Shown here: piece by piece, positions 45,550-62,389 of the stretch
Numbering within the stretch: position 1 is the first letter of the stretch
Layout of the letters: each line of letters opens with the position of its first letter
Assembly: GCF_009914755.1 (NCBI RefSeq)
Contig: NC_060941.1
DNA length: 64,000 bases
Reading direction: 5' to 3' (one strand)
Source: the human T2T-CHM13v2.0 reference genome, Homo sapiens
Program-made: the position numbers and the translations under genes
Notes under the pieces: generated by a model
What the model was told of the DNA's origin: nothing
What the model saw: only the letters and a program-made list of their open reading frames with translations
The model's database searches: none

Positions 45550-45965
45550 TGATGGAATATTATAGTCATTTAAATGGATATTTTAGAAGAGTCCATGATA
45601 AGAAAAATGTTTGTTAGATACTGTTAACTGAAAAAGAAAAACATGCACACTTGAACAAATATTACATCACGTAATATTTGTTGTTACTTATATTATTAAT
45701 AAGTATGATATAGTTGTATGTATAAATGTATGGATAACAAAATAAATCCTTCCAGGTATTAAGTCTTATGTAAAAAATAAAATAAAATACATCCTCACAT
45801 AAACTTAGAGGTAAGTCGATTGAGAGAGGGAGAGTATACATAAAATGCTAAGAGTTCACCTCCCCAGGAGAGTATGATGAATAATTTTTAAAATAATTTT
45901 TTGATGTTCTGTAATGTCCAGATTTCTACAATGAACATGTGTACAGTGCTTATAATTAGAAAAAA
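45550..45965 (+). mobile_element. Old L1M 3' UTR fragments
   Basis: atgatggaatattat..tttctacaatgaacatgt. Confidence 0.55.
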
Positions 45966-46704
45966 ATGAGGTTTTTTTTTTTTTTTTGAAAGGCTGAAGA
46001 CAGGGCTTGTGGCTGACTCCTCAGGCTCTGGGAGAAATTCTGCTCCTGGGGGCTGGAAGAACAAAGGGACAGTCGTGCCTACTGGTCCTTGGAGAATCTC
46101 CTGCAGTCACAGGGCAAGACCTGATAGGGACCGGAGGCCTCGCCAGGCTCCCACAGGCACGGGGAGCTGGGAGCAGCCTAGGGGCCACCATCTGGGCTGG
46201 AAGGTCAGAGTCTTTTCCTTCCAGCCCAGCAGGAGTGGGATGAAGGGGTATTGGGAGAGTAGGAATACAGAGCAGGGACTGGAAACTAGGTCACCAGGAA
46301 ATCGAGGAAATAAACAAAGGGTTCCTGTGGAGGGAAGCTCGCTTTGATCCTGGGTGGGAATGGGACGGACTGACTCTGGGAAGAGTGACCAAGTGACTCT
46401 GACATCCTCAGCCCACCGTAGGCTGACACAGTGAGAGCCTTAGAGCTGCGCATCTGGGAAGGGGACAGAGCCCAGGAGCCACCCCCAGCCTCCCTCCACT
46501 CTCTTACTCCCCGACTGGCCACCCCACAGCTCCATTCCCACTTCTGGTGACCACACCAACCTCCGAATGAGGTCTCAATCAGACACCCACCTTTGCCTCT
46601 GCTGATCCCTCTGCCTGGACCACTCTCCTCAGCTCTGCTTGGTGAACAACCCTCCTTTAAGAGTGAGTTCGGCTCTCCATTATCCAGAGCAGAATTATCC
46701 ATGT

Positions 46705-47222
46705 TTGTTTTCTTTCTTTCCTTTAGTTAATTTTTAGAAATTGTGGTACAATGCACACAACACAAAATTTACTATTTTAACCATGTTTAATTATAGAGAG
46801 GTGTTTAATAAATTCACATCATTAAGCAGCCATCACCCCTGTCCATCTCCAGAACCCTTCATCTTCCTAAACTAAAACTCTGTAACCAAAACACACTAAT
46901 TTCCCATTCCCTACTCCCCCAGCCCCAGGCAACCACCATTCACTCTCTATATGAATTTGACTATTCTAGGGACCTCACATAATTGGGATTATACAATGTT
47001 TGTCCTTTTGGGTCTGGCTTATTCACTTAGCATAATGTCCTCAAGGTTCAGCCATGTTGTAGCATGTGTCAGAATCTCCTTCCTTTCTAAGGATGCATCA
47101 TATTCCACTCTATGTATGTACCATATTTTGTTTATCCATTCATCTGTCTGTTGATGGACACTTGGGTTACTTCCAGGTTTTGGCTATTGTGGATAAGGTT
47201 GCCATGACATGGGTGTACAACT
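46705..47222 (-). mobile_element. L1MB-like 3' end
   Basis: ccatctccagaac..cccagccccaggcaaccaccatt..atgaatttgactattctagg..gttgatggacacttgggt. Confidence 0.88.
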
Positions 47223-47489
47223 GGGTTACATTTTGACTGCAGCAAATCTTACCTTGGACTGTGCTGACATCCAGCAACACTATTAGCTCAATCACTAGCT
47301 TTACTGATGTTAGAATTTTATATTTAATTCTACTTTCCATACTGCTTTTCTAAAAGAGGCCATTGGAAACCTTCTTGTCTCTTGTGCAAGAGAAGTTTTC
47401 AGAAAGGGGAAATCCTAGGGCTGCACCTTGCATCAATCTAAACCACAAAAGCAATCAATACAGTTTTTGTCTTCACTGAATACTTACAA

Positions 47490-47944
47490 GTTAGGTGGAA
47501 TAATGCCCTCCAAATATGTTCACATCCTAATACTTGGAACTAGTGAATATGTTACCTTATACGGCAAAAAGAACTTTGCAGATGTGTTTGAGTTAAGGAT
47601 TTTAAGATGCAGAGATTTTCCTGGATAATCTTGGGGGATGCACTGTAATCAAGAATCTTTATAAGAGGGAGACGGGAGGGTCAGAATCAAAGGAGGTGAT
47701 ATGATAATAGAAACAGAGGTCAGAGAAATGCAAGGAAGAGCCCATGCACCAAGGAATGCAGGTGGCCTCTAGATGCTGAAAAAGACACAAAAATGGATTT
47801 TCCTGCAGAGCTTCCAGAAAGAACACAGACCTGTTGTGCTTTTATTTTAGGGCATTTGACCTCCGGAACAGTAAGTTAATAAATGTGTGGGTTTTCAAGC
47901 CATTATGTCTATAGTGATGTATTACAACAATAGAAATGAACACA
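47490..47944 (+). mobile_element. MaLR solo LTR (MLT1D-like)
   Basis: gtgaatatgttaccttatacggcaaaaagaactttgcagatgtg..ccaaggaatgcaggtggcctctaga. Confidence 0.88.
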
Positions 47945-48518
47945 CTGACTGCATACCAAACTTGTTCTAAGCATGTCACTCATTTGTTACCGTTAACCTC
48001 TTCCTACCCCATGAAATAAACGATATTATTGTCCTTATTATATGGGTAGGAAACTGAGGAAAGGGAGTGACTTGCCCAGAGCCTCCTGGTGATGATTGCT
48101 TTAGCTGTCCATAATCTTTGCCCCCTACTTTTGGGAAAGCAGCCCCATTTCTTTGTGGCAGATTATTTCTCTCATCGAGGCCAATGTGTGGCCACATGAC
48201 ATAAACCAGGCCAATCCTAGGATGTGACTCTTGAGCTGAGTCACCTAAAGACACAGTGGTTGCAGCAAATTCTTTCCAACAGAGGCATTTTCATAACTGC
48301 CTGCTACTTCTCTCCACCCACTGCATTCCCACTGCAAGAGTGGCCCTGGTTCCAGCCCATTTTCCAAGTCAGAGAGTTTCTGTTGTTATGTGTGAGGAAC
48401 TTTGTATCAGGTTACAGCCTCCACCTGAGATAAGGTAGACAGCAGGAGTAAGGGGAGCAGATCAGACTTCCTGAATTCCAAAATACCTGCCATAGTCAAA
48501 TACAGCAGATTTGGAGGG

Positions 48519-48879
48519 TGTATTAGTCTGTTTTCACACTGCTATAAAGAAATGCCTGAGACTGGAAAATTTATAAAGCAAAGAGGTTTAATTGACTCAC
48601 AGTTCCCCATGGCTGGGGAGGCCTCAGGAAACTTACAATCGTGGCAGATGGGGAAGCAGGCACATCTTACAAGGTGGCAGGTGAGAGAGTGTGTGAAGGA
48701 GGAACTGTCCAACACTTATAAAACCATGATAACTCACTCATTTTCATGAGAACAGCATGGGGGAAACTGCCCCCATGATACAATCACCAGGTCTCTCCCT
48801 CTACACGTGGGTTGTTGACACAATGGTGATTACGATTTGAGATGAGATTTGGATGGGGACATAGAGCTAGACCATATCA
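48519..48879 (-). mobile_element. MaLR solo LTR (MSTA/THE1-like)
   Basis: tgtattagtctgttttcacactgctataaag..ggctggggaggcctcaggaaacttacaatc..accatatca; perfect 5-bp TSD gaggg. Confidence 0.92.
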
Positions 48880-49799
48880 GAGGGTCACATTCCCTGGTTA
48901 TAATTCTGCTCCCCTCATCTGGGCACAGATAGCCAAGAGTGGACCACATGATAATACACACACTTTCTCATCCCCCTTGAACAAGCAGGGGAAGGAGTGA
49001 CAAGCAAGAAGGCCTTAAAGACAAGCCTCTAAACTTGCTGTTGCAATGGCATCCGATAGAAGTTCCCCAATCTGGCAAATCTTACAGGCTTTTCTTTTCC
49101 AAGAGGTCCCTTAGGGCCCTGAGTTGCCCTCATGACTCTCACCACCCTGCATGGTGATGATGTCATTTACCTGTCTGTCTTCCCCAAAGCCCTATTGAGA
49201 CTCTTCTTATTTGTTTTATGTCCTCAGTGCCTACAGAGTGTCTGATATGGTATCCATGCTCCCACATTGTACATAGGTGAGTGAGCAAATAATTCTAGAA
49301 AGAAGATACGCTGCTTGCCTAGATGATAGATTTCTACCCCACCCGGAATAATCTTCAGTGGCTAGATGCTTGAGCCTGCCTGGCTTTGCTTGATGTTCAG
49401 AGCAGCATGTCCCAGAGAGTTCAGGTCATTCTGACATCCCAGCATTTTCCCATGCTAGGCAAAGCTGCAAGCAGGGGCAAGCCACTGCTCATGGTTAAGT
49501 GTTCGTGCTGTCTTCCTACTTCTGTGTATATTATGCACAGAAATGCATTATTTTAATTTGTACCCAAACCTCCCTACCCACTTCACATCTATATCCCAAA
49601 CATGTATCCCTTAGGTCCAGGAGGCTGGCAGCATGGTGGCCTCAAATGCATAGCATTACAACTAATTTTAAGAAAAAAATCCAGAAAACAAAATCAAAAA
49701 AAGGCTACCTTTGTCTATTGCTACTCTTCGGGGTTGGATTCACCAATAATAAAATGAGGAATAATCATCCTTCAGATTGTCTCTTTCCTTCTCAGACCT

Positions 49800-50292
49800 G
49801 CTAAACACAAGCTACAGTAAGCTAAGGTCAATTTATTACTGAAGAAAGAAATTTTTAAATATTTAGTGTCGCCTAAGAGTACAGTGTTTATAAGTCTACA
49901 GTCATGTACAGTAACCTCCTAGGCCCTCACATTCACTCACCACTCACTGACACCCAGAGCAACTTTCGGTCCTGCCAGCTCCACTCATGGTAAATGTCCT
50001 ATCCAAGTGTACCATTTTTAATCTTTCATACTGTATTTTTGTTGTACCTTTTGGATGTTTAGATATACAAATACTTACCATTGTGTTACTGTTGCCTACA
50101 GTATTCCATACAGTCTCATGTTACACAGATTTATAACTTAGGAGCCATACGCTATACCATATAGCTTCGGTGTGTGGTAGGCTATACCATCTACATTTGT
50201 GTGAGAGTACTCTATGATGCTTACATAATGAGGAAATCACCTAACGATGCATTTCTCATAATGTGTCATCATTGTTAAGTGGCACATGATGT
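49800..50292. mobile_element. Tigger3b (MER7/GOLEM)-like DNA transposon fragment
   Basis: cacattcactcaccactcactgac.cccagagcaactt; tacaaatacttaccattgtgttac; terminal cctaacgatgcatttctc..gttaagtggcacatga. Confidence 0.82.
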
Positions 50293-50599
50293 CTCAATGT
50301 TGCTGGGAGGACTCAAGGAGCAAATAACTGTCAGGCGTATAGCGCTGTGGGAGACACTGTAAAGGCTCTGAATAATGACTGCTATGGTTGGATAGCAGCC
50401 CCCATGACTCCAGTCGGAGCTAAGTTAATTATTTCTCTGGCTCTGATTGCTTTGCCCATGAAATGAGAGAGGAAAGGGCTAGGCTCTGCACTTCAGCTGT
50501 ACTGATCCCTCCATTCCCTGTGTGTATCTCATTCCTTCTCACCATTGGGACTTTGTGCTCATAGTTGGGGCACGGAATTAGTTAATATTAAATTACTTA

Positions 50600-51150
50600 G
50601 TTAGCATAGTTAGGATTAAATTCAGCTGCATAGAGAGAAAAATCTTTAAAGAAAAAAAACAACCAGTGTGTAAAATGATATAGGAGTTAATTTCTCTCCA
50701 GATAGGTAGTCTAAAGCTGATCTACCAGTTTCAAAACAATCAAGGACCTAAGCTCCTTCTATCTTGTTGTTGTACTATTCTCAACACATAGTTTCTACCT
50801 TGTGGCTAATATAGCTACTCAGTTTGGGCAATCATGTCTACGTTCAGCTAGCAGACAGTTGAAAAGTTAAGGCAAAAGGCACGTCGGCTCCTTATAAAGA
50901 CATTTCCCGGAAGTTGCACGCAGACTTCCACCTATATCCTATTTGTCAGAATTTAATCACATGGCCTCACTTCCCTCAAAGGAGGCTGGGAAATATCGTT
51001 TTCATTCTGAACAACCATATACACAACTAAAATTTGTTGAAAATGTGTCAAAAGTTTAGTTCAAACTGAAATATGTTAAAAATCCTCTAGTACCATCGAG
51101 GAAACAATAGGTATACCAAGTATTGAGGTATAGCTAGCAGTCTGTGATAC
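50600..51150 (-). mobile_element. Old MaLR LTR (MLT1J/K-like)
   Basis: agttaggattaaattcagctgc..gctccttctatcttgtt..aatcacatggcc..aaggaggctgggaaat. Confidence 0.7.
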
Positions 51151-51169
51151 AGTATCCTCTTACCTTCCC

Positions 51170-51450
51170 CTCCTTCTCCTAGTAAACTCCCATTCATGAA
51201 TTAGGTGAACAATTACTTTCACAAGGAAGTATTATTTCCATCCTAAAAGCCTATTCATTTCCTTTACAACATTTATTTTAGGTTGTAGTTACACATTTTA
51301 GTGGGATTATTTGATTAGCCCCTCTTTTTCTTCCTAAAGTATAAACACAATGAGAAGAAGGGTATTGTCTGATTTTATACACTCACTTTATCCCCAGTGC
51401 CTAGCATAGAATCTAAAATGTAGTAAACACTTAGTTAATAATGGAGTGAA
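51170..51450 (+). mobile_element. L2 3' fragment
   Basis: tatccccagtgcctagcatag..gtagtaaacacttag. Confidence 0.65.
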
Positions 51451-51611
51451 ATAATTGTACATTGTAAGGATCCTACTAGCTCTCACTTAACCATGGCCCT
51501 GTGATGTTTCTTACATTAGTTAGAGTGCCTCATTTGGCACCTCTCTAAGTTAGCACTTGAATTTCTTCTTCACAGATACACACAGCCTCCCACAGGACTC
51601 ACAGCTCATCC

Positions 51612-53642
<2,031 letters not shown>

Positions 53643-53813
53643 ATTCTAGGAAGACATTTCTTAAAATGTAAAAGAGGAAAGAAGAATTGCTGTGGAGAGT
53701 AAAAAAATACTGCATATCAAATTCAGATATATATATATATATATATTCATATATGTATATGACCAAGCTGTAAGCCTAACTTCCATAGAAAGTATCCTAG
53801 GAATATGTTTCTA

Positions 53814-54162
<349 letters not shown>

Positions 54163-54169
54163 CTAGGTA

Positions 54170-54580
54170 TGTGATTTAGCACATTAACAGATTTTTAAAT
54201 GACAACCATATTATCATCTTAGCAAATGTAACATAAAATATTCAATAAATTTACCACCCAACAAATCAGTAATATAAGGGAACTCCCTCATCCAATAACT
54301 TTAATAAATTTCATACCTAATGTAGAAACATTACAAGCTTCCCTTTAAAGTCAGAAATGATATAAATACGGTCCCTATCACTGTGTCTACTCAACATTGC
54401 ACAGGAGATCCTAGCCAATGAAATAAGACAAGAAAAACAAATGAGAGGTAAGGTTGAAAGAGAACAAATAGTATTGGCAAAGATACAATTTTCCATGTAG
54501 AAAATTCTTAAAGACTCTACATAAAACCTATTCAAACTATTAGTATAATTTTTAAAGCTGATTACTTGGGTACAAATTGC
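54170..54580 (+). mobile_element. Old L1M ORF2 (RT region) fragment
   Basis: ctactcaacattgcacaggagatcctagccaatgaaataagacaagaaaaacaaat (LFNI.LE.LA..IRQEK.I-like). Confidence 0.75.
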
Positions 54581-55134
54581 ATGTTGAGCCAGAGTCGGGC
54601 ATCCAGGGCTATAAGGGACTGTGATAAATAAATCTAGTTAACTTCCTGCCACTAAGTAAAATAACAATAACTACTACTTATTAACAGTCTGCTATACCAC
54701 AAATTCTACACTTTTTTTTAAAAGAGAATTACATTTGATTAACCATAATATCATCTACCTATAATTGAAAACACAGGATGGAATGTATGTACAAGACATA
54801 GTATTTATATAGCCTATCCATAGTGCCTGGTGCTCCTGCAAATATGCATAAGTTGAAGTAACCCCACCACCCCTAGATGTCTGCAACTAACAGGTTGGGA
54901 TCCACTGCCATGGAGAATTATAGCCTTTGGAGTTAGTTAGGCTAAACCCTATTTCCTTAAATTTTTTTGTCCTGTTTATGCATGTGTCTTCTTTCCTTGT
55001 ATCCAGTAGTGGGAAACAAAAGCTTTCTTTAGACTTAGGGAAGTCACAGTGTTTGCCTCTTAGAAGTATGTGATGAGTAGCAAATATCTTTGGTGGGGAA
55101 AGGGAGAGTCTTTAGATCATAGATATTATTTTTC

Positions 55135-55320
55135 ATATTTCAACAATTATTTAAGGCAGATACTGTTACTGTCTACATATTATAGTTAAGGAAATTGAGG
55201 CAAAAAGAAGATACTAATAAGTCAACTTGCTTAGGATCACACAGCTACTAAGAGATAGGGTTCAGATTTCATCCAGGTCTGTCTGATCTTACCATCCAAG
55301 CTCTTTCATCCTGCTAGGCT
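55135..55320 (-). mobile_element. MIR
   Basis: aaggaaattgaggca..aacttgcttaggatcacacagcta. Confidence 0.75.
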
Positions 55321-55404
55321 ACACCACTCCGAAAAGATGAAGAGTTACACTGTTGTAAAAATATCTTCAGATGACCATATTAAACAAACAGAACAGTCAA
55401 GCAG

Positions 55405-55580
55405 GTAGTTCAAATTGGCAGATAATAAAACATCAATGGCTTTGAAGTCCGACAAGTTTTAAATCCCTGCTCTGCCATTTCTACCTGTATGACTAGCAAG
55501 TTTCCCCCTGACCCTGTTACTTTATTTATAAAATGATAATAATAAAATGCCAGTTTTACAGAGTTGTTTTGAACATTATT
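55405..55580 (+). mobile_element. MIR
   Basis: ggctttgaagtc..aaatccctgctctgccattt..tataaaatgataataata. Confidence 0.7.
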
Positions 55581-56045
55581 TAGTCATTAATTTATTCAGC
55601 AAATACATGTTGAGCAACTGCTATGTGACTGGTATTGTAGTGCTTGAGATACACAGAACAGAAAAAAATTCTGTCTCAATGGGCCTGTGAGCAATAACAA
55701 CTCAGTGTCAATAATCACATCTGGAGCCCAGATCATGGTTTCTAATACCATTCTCTAATACAAAGAACCAGGACTCCTTGGAGAAATGGCTGTTTCTGGG
55801 CTTTGGGCACAGAATATACAAGATGAGCTTGTAGCATCTTATAGTGTTAGAAAGTAGGAAAGTGCTCAAGGAACAAAACCATGGGGGCATATCAATAACA
55901 TAGGTGCCAACCAAAAAGGGATCCCAATAGCCAGAACTGAGTAACAAGATAAATAACAGTATTGGGTTATAATCTAGGGTATAAAATAAATATTCATGAG
56001 TCAATACTGATATAAAAATGATTGCATAAATAATTGAATGGGGGC

Positions 56046-57745
56046 ACTGCTCAAAGAAATCAGAGACGATACAAACAAATGAAGAAAGAGTCCCTGCTCA
56101 TAGACAGGAAAAACCAATATTGTTAAAATGGCTATATTGCCCAGAGCAATTTATAAATTCAATAATATTCCTATTAAGCTACCATGACTTTATTCACAGA
56201 GTTAGAAAAAAATTATTTTAAAATTCATATGAAACCAAAAAAGAACCTGAATAACCAAAGCAATCCTAAATAAAAGGAACAAAACTGGAGGCATCATGTT
56301 ACTTGACCTCAAACTATACTACAAAGCTACAGTAACCAAAACTGCATGGTACTGGTATAAAAACAGAGACATACACCAATGGAACAGCATAATGAGCCCA
56401 GAAATAAAGTTGCACATCTGCAACCATCAACAAAATAAATAAAAAACAAAAAACAAACAAGCAATGGGAAAAGTTCTCCCTATTCAATAAGTGGTGCTGG
56501 GATAACTCACTAGCCATATGCAGAAGATTGAAACTGGACCCCTTCCTTACACCAAATACAAAAAGCAACTCAAGATGGCTTAAAGACTTAAATATAAAAC
56601 CTAAAACTATAAAAATTCTGGAAGACAACTTAGGAAATATCATTCTGGACATAGACCCTGACAAAGATTTCATGACAAAGATGCCAAAAGCAATTGACTA
56701 AAATTGAAAAAGTGGACCTAATTAAAGAGTCTCTGCACAGCAAAAAACAAAAACAAAACAAATAAACCAAAAAAAAACTATCAATAAACAGACACCTACA
56801 GAATGGGAGGAAATATTTGCAAATGATGCATCTGACAAAGGTCTAATATCCAGACTCTATAAGGAACTTAAACAAATTAACAAGCAAAAAACAATCCCAT
56901 CAAAAAGTGGGTAAAGGACGTGAACAGGCACCTTTCAAAATAAGACATATATGTGACTAACAAGCATACGAAAAATGCTCAACATCTCTAATCATTAGAG
57001 AAATGCAAATCAAGACCACAGTGAGATATCATCTCACACCAGTCAGAATGGCTATTATAAAAAGCCAAAAACTAACAAATGCTGGCAACATTACAGAGAA
57101 AAAGGAATGCTTACACACTGCTGGTGAGAATATAAATTAGTTCAGCCACTGTGGAAAGCAATGTGGGGATTTTTCAAAGAACTTAAAACAGAATTACTAT
57201 TCAACCCAGTAATCTCATTGTGGGGTATATACCCCAAAGGAATATAAATTGTTCGACCATAAAGACACAATCATACATATGTTCATCATAGCACTATTCA
57301 CAATAGCAAAGACATGGAATCAACCTACATGCCCATCAATGGTAGACTGAATAAAGAAAATGTGGTACATATACACTGTGGAATACTGTGCAGCCATAAA
57401 AAAGGATGAGATCACGTCCTTTGCAGCAATGAGGATGGACCCGGAGGCCATTACCCTAAGCAAAATAATGCAGGAACAGAAAACCAAATACCACATGAGT
57501 TGTCACTTGTAAGTGGGAACTAAACATTGAGTACACAGTGACACAAATAAGTTAACAATAGACATGGGAGCCTACTTGAGGGTGGAGGGTGGGAGAAGGG
57601 AGAGGATAAAACAACTGCCTATCAGGTGTTATGCTTATTACCCGGGTGATGAAATAATCTGCACATCAAACCCCTGTGACATGCAATTTACCTGTGTAAC
57701 CAACCTGCACATGTATCCCTGATCCTATAAATAAATAATAATAAT
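56046..57745 (+). mobile_element. L1PA13-16-like 3' 1.7 kb (ORF2 end, 3' UTR, AAT tail)
   Basis: ctgctcaaagaaatcagaga, aaactggaccccttccttacacc, cctacttgagggtggagggtgggag, aacctgcacatgta. Confidence 0.93.
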
Positions 57746-57791
57746 TTTAATAATTTATGTAGGTGCTCCACCATCAGTGAGTATGGGCTAT

Positions 57792-58172
57792 TGTATTTCT
57801 GGGGCTGCCACAACAAAATCCCATAATCTGAATGGCTTAAACAACAGAGATTTCTTTTCTCATAGTTCTGGAGTCTGGAAGTCCAATATCAAAATGTCAG
57901 TAGGTTTGGTTTCTTCTGAGGCCCCTCACCTTGACTTGCAGATTGCCATCGTCTTCTTGTGTCTTCACGTGGTCTTTTCTCTGTGCACATGCATATCAGG
58001 TTCAAATTTCTTCTTAAAATAACACCAGTCATATTGGATTAGCACACATCTTAAAGACGTCCTTTAACTTAATTACCTCTTTGTAAACTTTATCTCAAAT
58101 ATGGTCACATTCTGAGATACTGGAGGTGAGGACTTCAAAATATAAATTTTGGGAGAACACATTCAGCCTACA
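57792..58172 (-). mobile_element. MaLR solo LTR (MLT1A/B-like)
   Basis: ggggctgccacaacaaaat..ggcttaaacaacaga..gtcacattctgagatactgg. Confidence 0.85.
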
Positions 58173-58656
58173 TTGGCTGTGCTTACTGACTTGCTTCCAA
58201 AGAGTAAGCTATAGAAAAGCGGGAGGGGAAATGTAACTTTACGGTGGCAAAACCTGGCAAACATTACCTCAGCCAGTGGATCAAGGTTAACATCCTCAGT
58301 GATAAGTTGTGTTGATAATATGATCTTTGCTATAAAGGATGAGAGTAACACTTTACCTCTATGCTCTTCCTTCCAAAAACCCGTAACTCCTAACCATGAG
58401 AAAAACATCAGATAAACTCCCTCCTGAAGGACATTCTTCAAAATACCTGGCCAGTGCTCCTGAAAACTGTCATTACCAAAAACAAGGAAAGTCTGAGAAA
58501 CTCTCACATATCACAGGAACCCAAGGACATATGACAATTAAAAGCAATGTAAGATCCTGGAAGGGACCCTGAAAGAGAAAAAGGACATGAGGAAGAATTA
58601 GCGAAGTCCGAATAACGTCTGCAGGTTAGTTAATAGTAATGCACTCATATCATTTC

Positions 58657-59027
<371 letters not shown>

Positions 59028-59496
59028 TAAGAAATTAACAATGGGAGAAACTGGATGTGGGGTGCATGGAAACTCTATTATCTTTGCAACTTTTCTGTAA
59101 ATCTAAAACTCTTCGAAAATAAAAAACTGTATTTTAAAAAACTTCCTGCCCTTGTGGACTTATATTCTGGTAGGTGGACAGGGACAACCAACAATAAACA
59201 ATAAGTAAGTTTAAATTCAGTACATTATATAGTATGTGTGAAGGAAATACATACTCTATTTAATTATTCATGTGGCAGCCCTGCTTTCCAAATATTTTGG
59301 TAGGATGATGTTCAAATGAATTGCATGATAAAGTCCACATAACAGAGGGCAAGGAGAAACAACCCTAAAACTCGCTGGTTCACAAGAGGAAGAAAGATTT
59401 AAACATTTGCCTACAGGTGATCCACAAAATGAGATGAAATATAGCAACACACCTGAGAACTGATGGCTGTCTATTTCATTAAAAATCTCCTGGGAA

Positions 59497-60020
<524 letters not shown>

Positions 60021-60142
60021 ATCTCCTGGGAAAGAGGTTTTATAAGAGCCCATTCTTTTAGGTAACAAGCCCAAGATTTGGAAAGTTCTATTTTAAAATT
60101 CCCATTATTGGTGATAAATAATGATAACAAAAACGAGTTAAG

Positions 60143-60225
60143 AGGTTTCTCCATGTTGGTCAGGCTGGTCTCGAACTCCTGACCTCAGGTGATCTACCAG
60201 CCTTGGCCTCCCAAAGTGCTGGGAT
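60143..60225 (-). mobile_element. Alu left-monomer fragment
   Basis: ggtttctccatgttggtcaggctgg..ccaaagtgctgggat with no tail or TSD. Confidence 0.85.
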
Positions 60226-60269
60226 GTATGGAGCTATGTATGTATGGAGCTATGAAAATAATTATAGCC

Positions 60270-60490
60270 ATGTATCCTAAGTGTAGAGTATTATAAAGTC
60301 TACAGTAGTGGGCAGTAACATCCTAGGCCTTCATGTTCACTCACCACTCATTCACTGACTCTCCCAGAGCAACTTTTAGTCCTGCAAGCTGCATTCCTGC
60401 TAAGTGCCCTGTACAAGTGCACCATTTTGTATCTTTTATATTGTATTTTTACTGCACCTTTTCTAGGTTTAGATATGTTTTCTATGTTTA
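60270..60490. mobile_element. Tigger3b-like fragment
   Basis: aagtctacagtagtg..cctaggccttca..tcactcaccactca..cagagcaactt. Confidence 0.8.
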
Positions 60491-60620
60491 AATATGCTCT
60501 TTGGCATGCCAACTGGGTGTCATAATAACCCTGCAAAGGAGATCATATTTCATCCATTTTACAGGTAAAAAAACTGAAGTACCGTGTGTTTAGAAAACTT
60601 GCCCCAAGCAAAGCCAGTAA

Positions 60621-60945
<325 letters not shown>

Positions 60946-61867
60946 TTAAGCCTTAGTACCTAAATTCCTCCTGTTAGTCTTTGACGTTGAGGACCAAGTA
61001 CAAGGCGAGGTCAGCTCATTTGTTCCATTCTTAGGAGCCATGGGGGCCTAGTACCCCACGCTCCCTTAAAATAGGCTGGCCAGACACCCCCACCCCAACC
61101 CACCTCGACGCATGCCAAAGAACCAGAAAAGCTCCATTTATGTGGTCCCACAGGAAGCAAACACACGCAGGGCTGGTGACGGTGACTCACAACTTCTAAC
61201 CCTCCTCCTGGCCCGTTGCATAAACTTTTCCAATGTATTGAAGTCTTGTAGAAACAGTGCTTCATGGGAAGATATCAAGGAAGGCGTCCCAGGAGCCAAC
61301 CAGCAGGACCTACTCGGAATCCTCGGCCCCTTTTTGAGGTTTCTCTTTTTTTTTTTCCCTCAGCAATTCCTTTCAAAAAAAATTTTTCCCTCACCATTGA
61401 CCTTGTTAGAGTTGCTAGTACTTTTTCCCCTTACACTGTAGCACTTCTGTAAATGTTTTTGTTCTTTGTTCTACTTCCTGCACTCTTTGAGCTTGGCTGT
61501 GATGTCTGTTCAGTGGGGCCTTTCTGATCCAGTTGGCCCTTGCCTGTACATCCTCTCCACAGGTATCAAAAATGAGGGCAGCACGGCCTGGAGGGCCCCT
61601 CATTAGAGGGAGGCGGCTCAGCTCTCCCACCAGTCACAAGCGGAGAGGGCAGAGCCGACTCCACGAATGACCAGTATTGAAAAGAAAGCTCCAGGGGTGA
61701 GAGAGAGACACAGACTGGCAGAGTCAGAAGCAGAAGGTTAAAAAAAGAAAAGGGGGAGAAAAAAACAAAAAAAAAAAAAAAAAAATTCTTTCTGACTGCC
61801 TCAGCGGCTCCCTTTCACGACCTGAGGCTTTCCAGAAAAATGTCTTGTGAAGAGCAACCATTTCAAG

Positions 61868-61894
61868 CTGCACACTCTTCCATCAGAGGGCAAC
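61868..61894 (+). promoter_or_regulatory. CTCF-like site
   Basis: ccatcagagggcaac resembles core CCASYAGRKGGCRS; ctgca lies upstream where the CTCF upstream motif would sit. Confidence 0.4.
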
Positions 61895-62279
61895 ACCTTG
61901 GTACATTGGGCATTCATTCCCAGGCTGTGGGCCAGGCTTGGCTCTCCACTCTGGAGATGAGGAGATGCCTTTTATCCCAGGAAACTCTGCCACGGTAATC
62001 AGAGGGTGTGTTGGTGGCCAGCTCCAGTAGGACCAGAGTCCAGGAACTTTGCTTGGAATCCAGATGAGTCAGTCTCCTTGGAGGGAGGAGGATGAAGAGA
62101 GAGGCCTTGGAGCACTGCCCAGGGTGGGCCAGGGCTGGGTGCAAGACCTGGGCAGACAGCTACAGTGGTTGGCAGGGATGTTGGCTTTCCCCAAAATGGA
62201 GAGGCTTGGCCCTCTACAAAGAGCACCATTTATTCTGCATAGTGCAAGCAGCACTGGCTGCAGGCAACTGAAGACCTGG

Positions 62280-62370
62280 CTTCAAGCCTCGGCTGACCCA
62301 GTGTGACCTTGAACAAACCATCCCAACCCTCTGAACTTTATTTCCTTTTCCATAAAATGGGGACAATGCC
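62280..62370 (+). mobile_element. MIR core
   Basis: gtgtgaccttgaacaa..ctctgaac..tttcc..ataaaatgggga. Confidence 0.7.
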
Positions 62371-62389
62371 TTGTCTTTATTCTGCGTTG

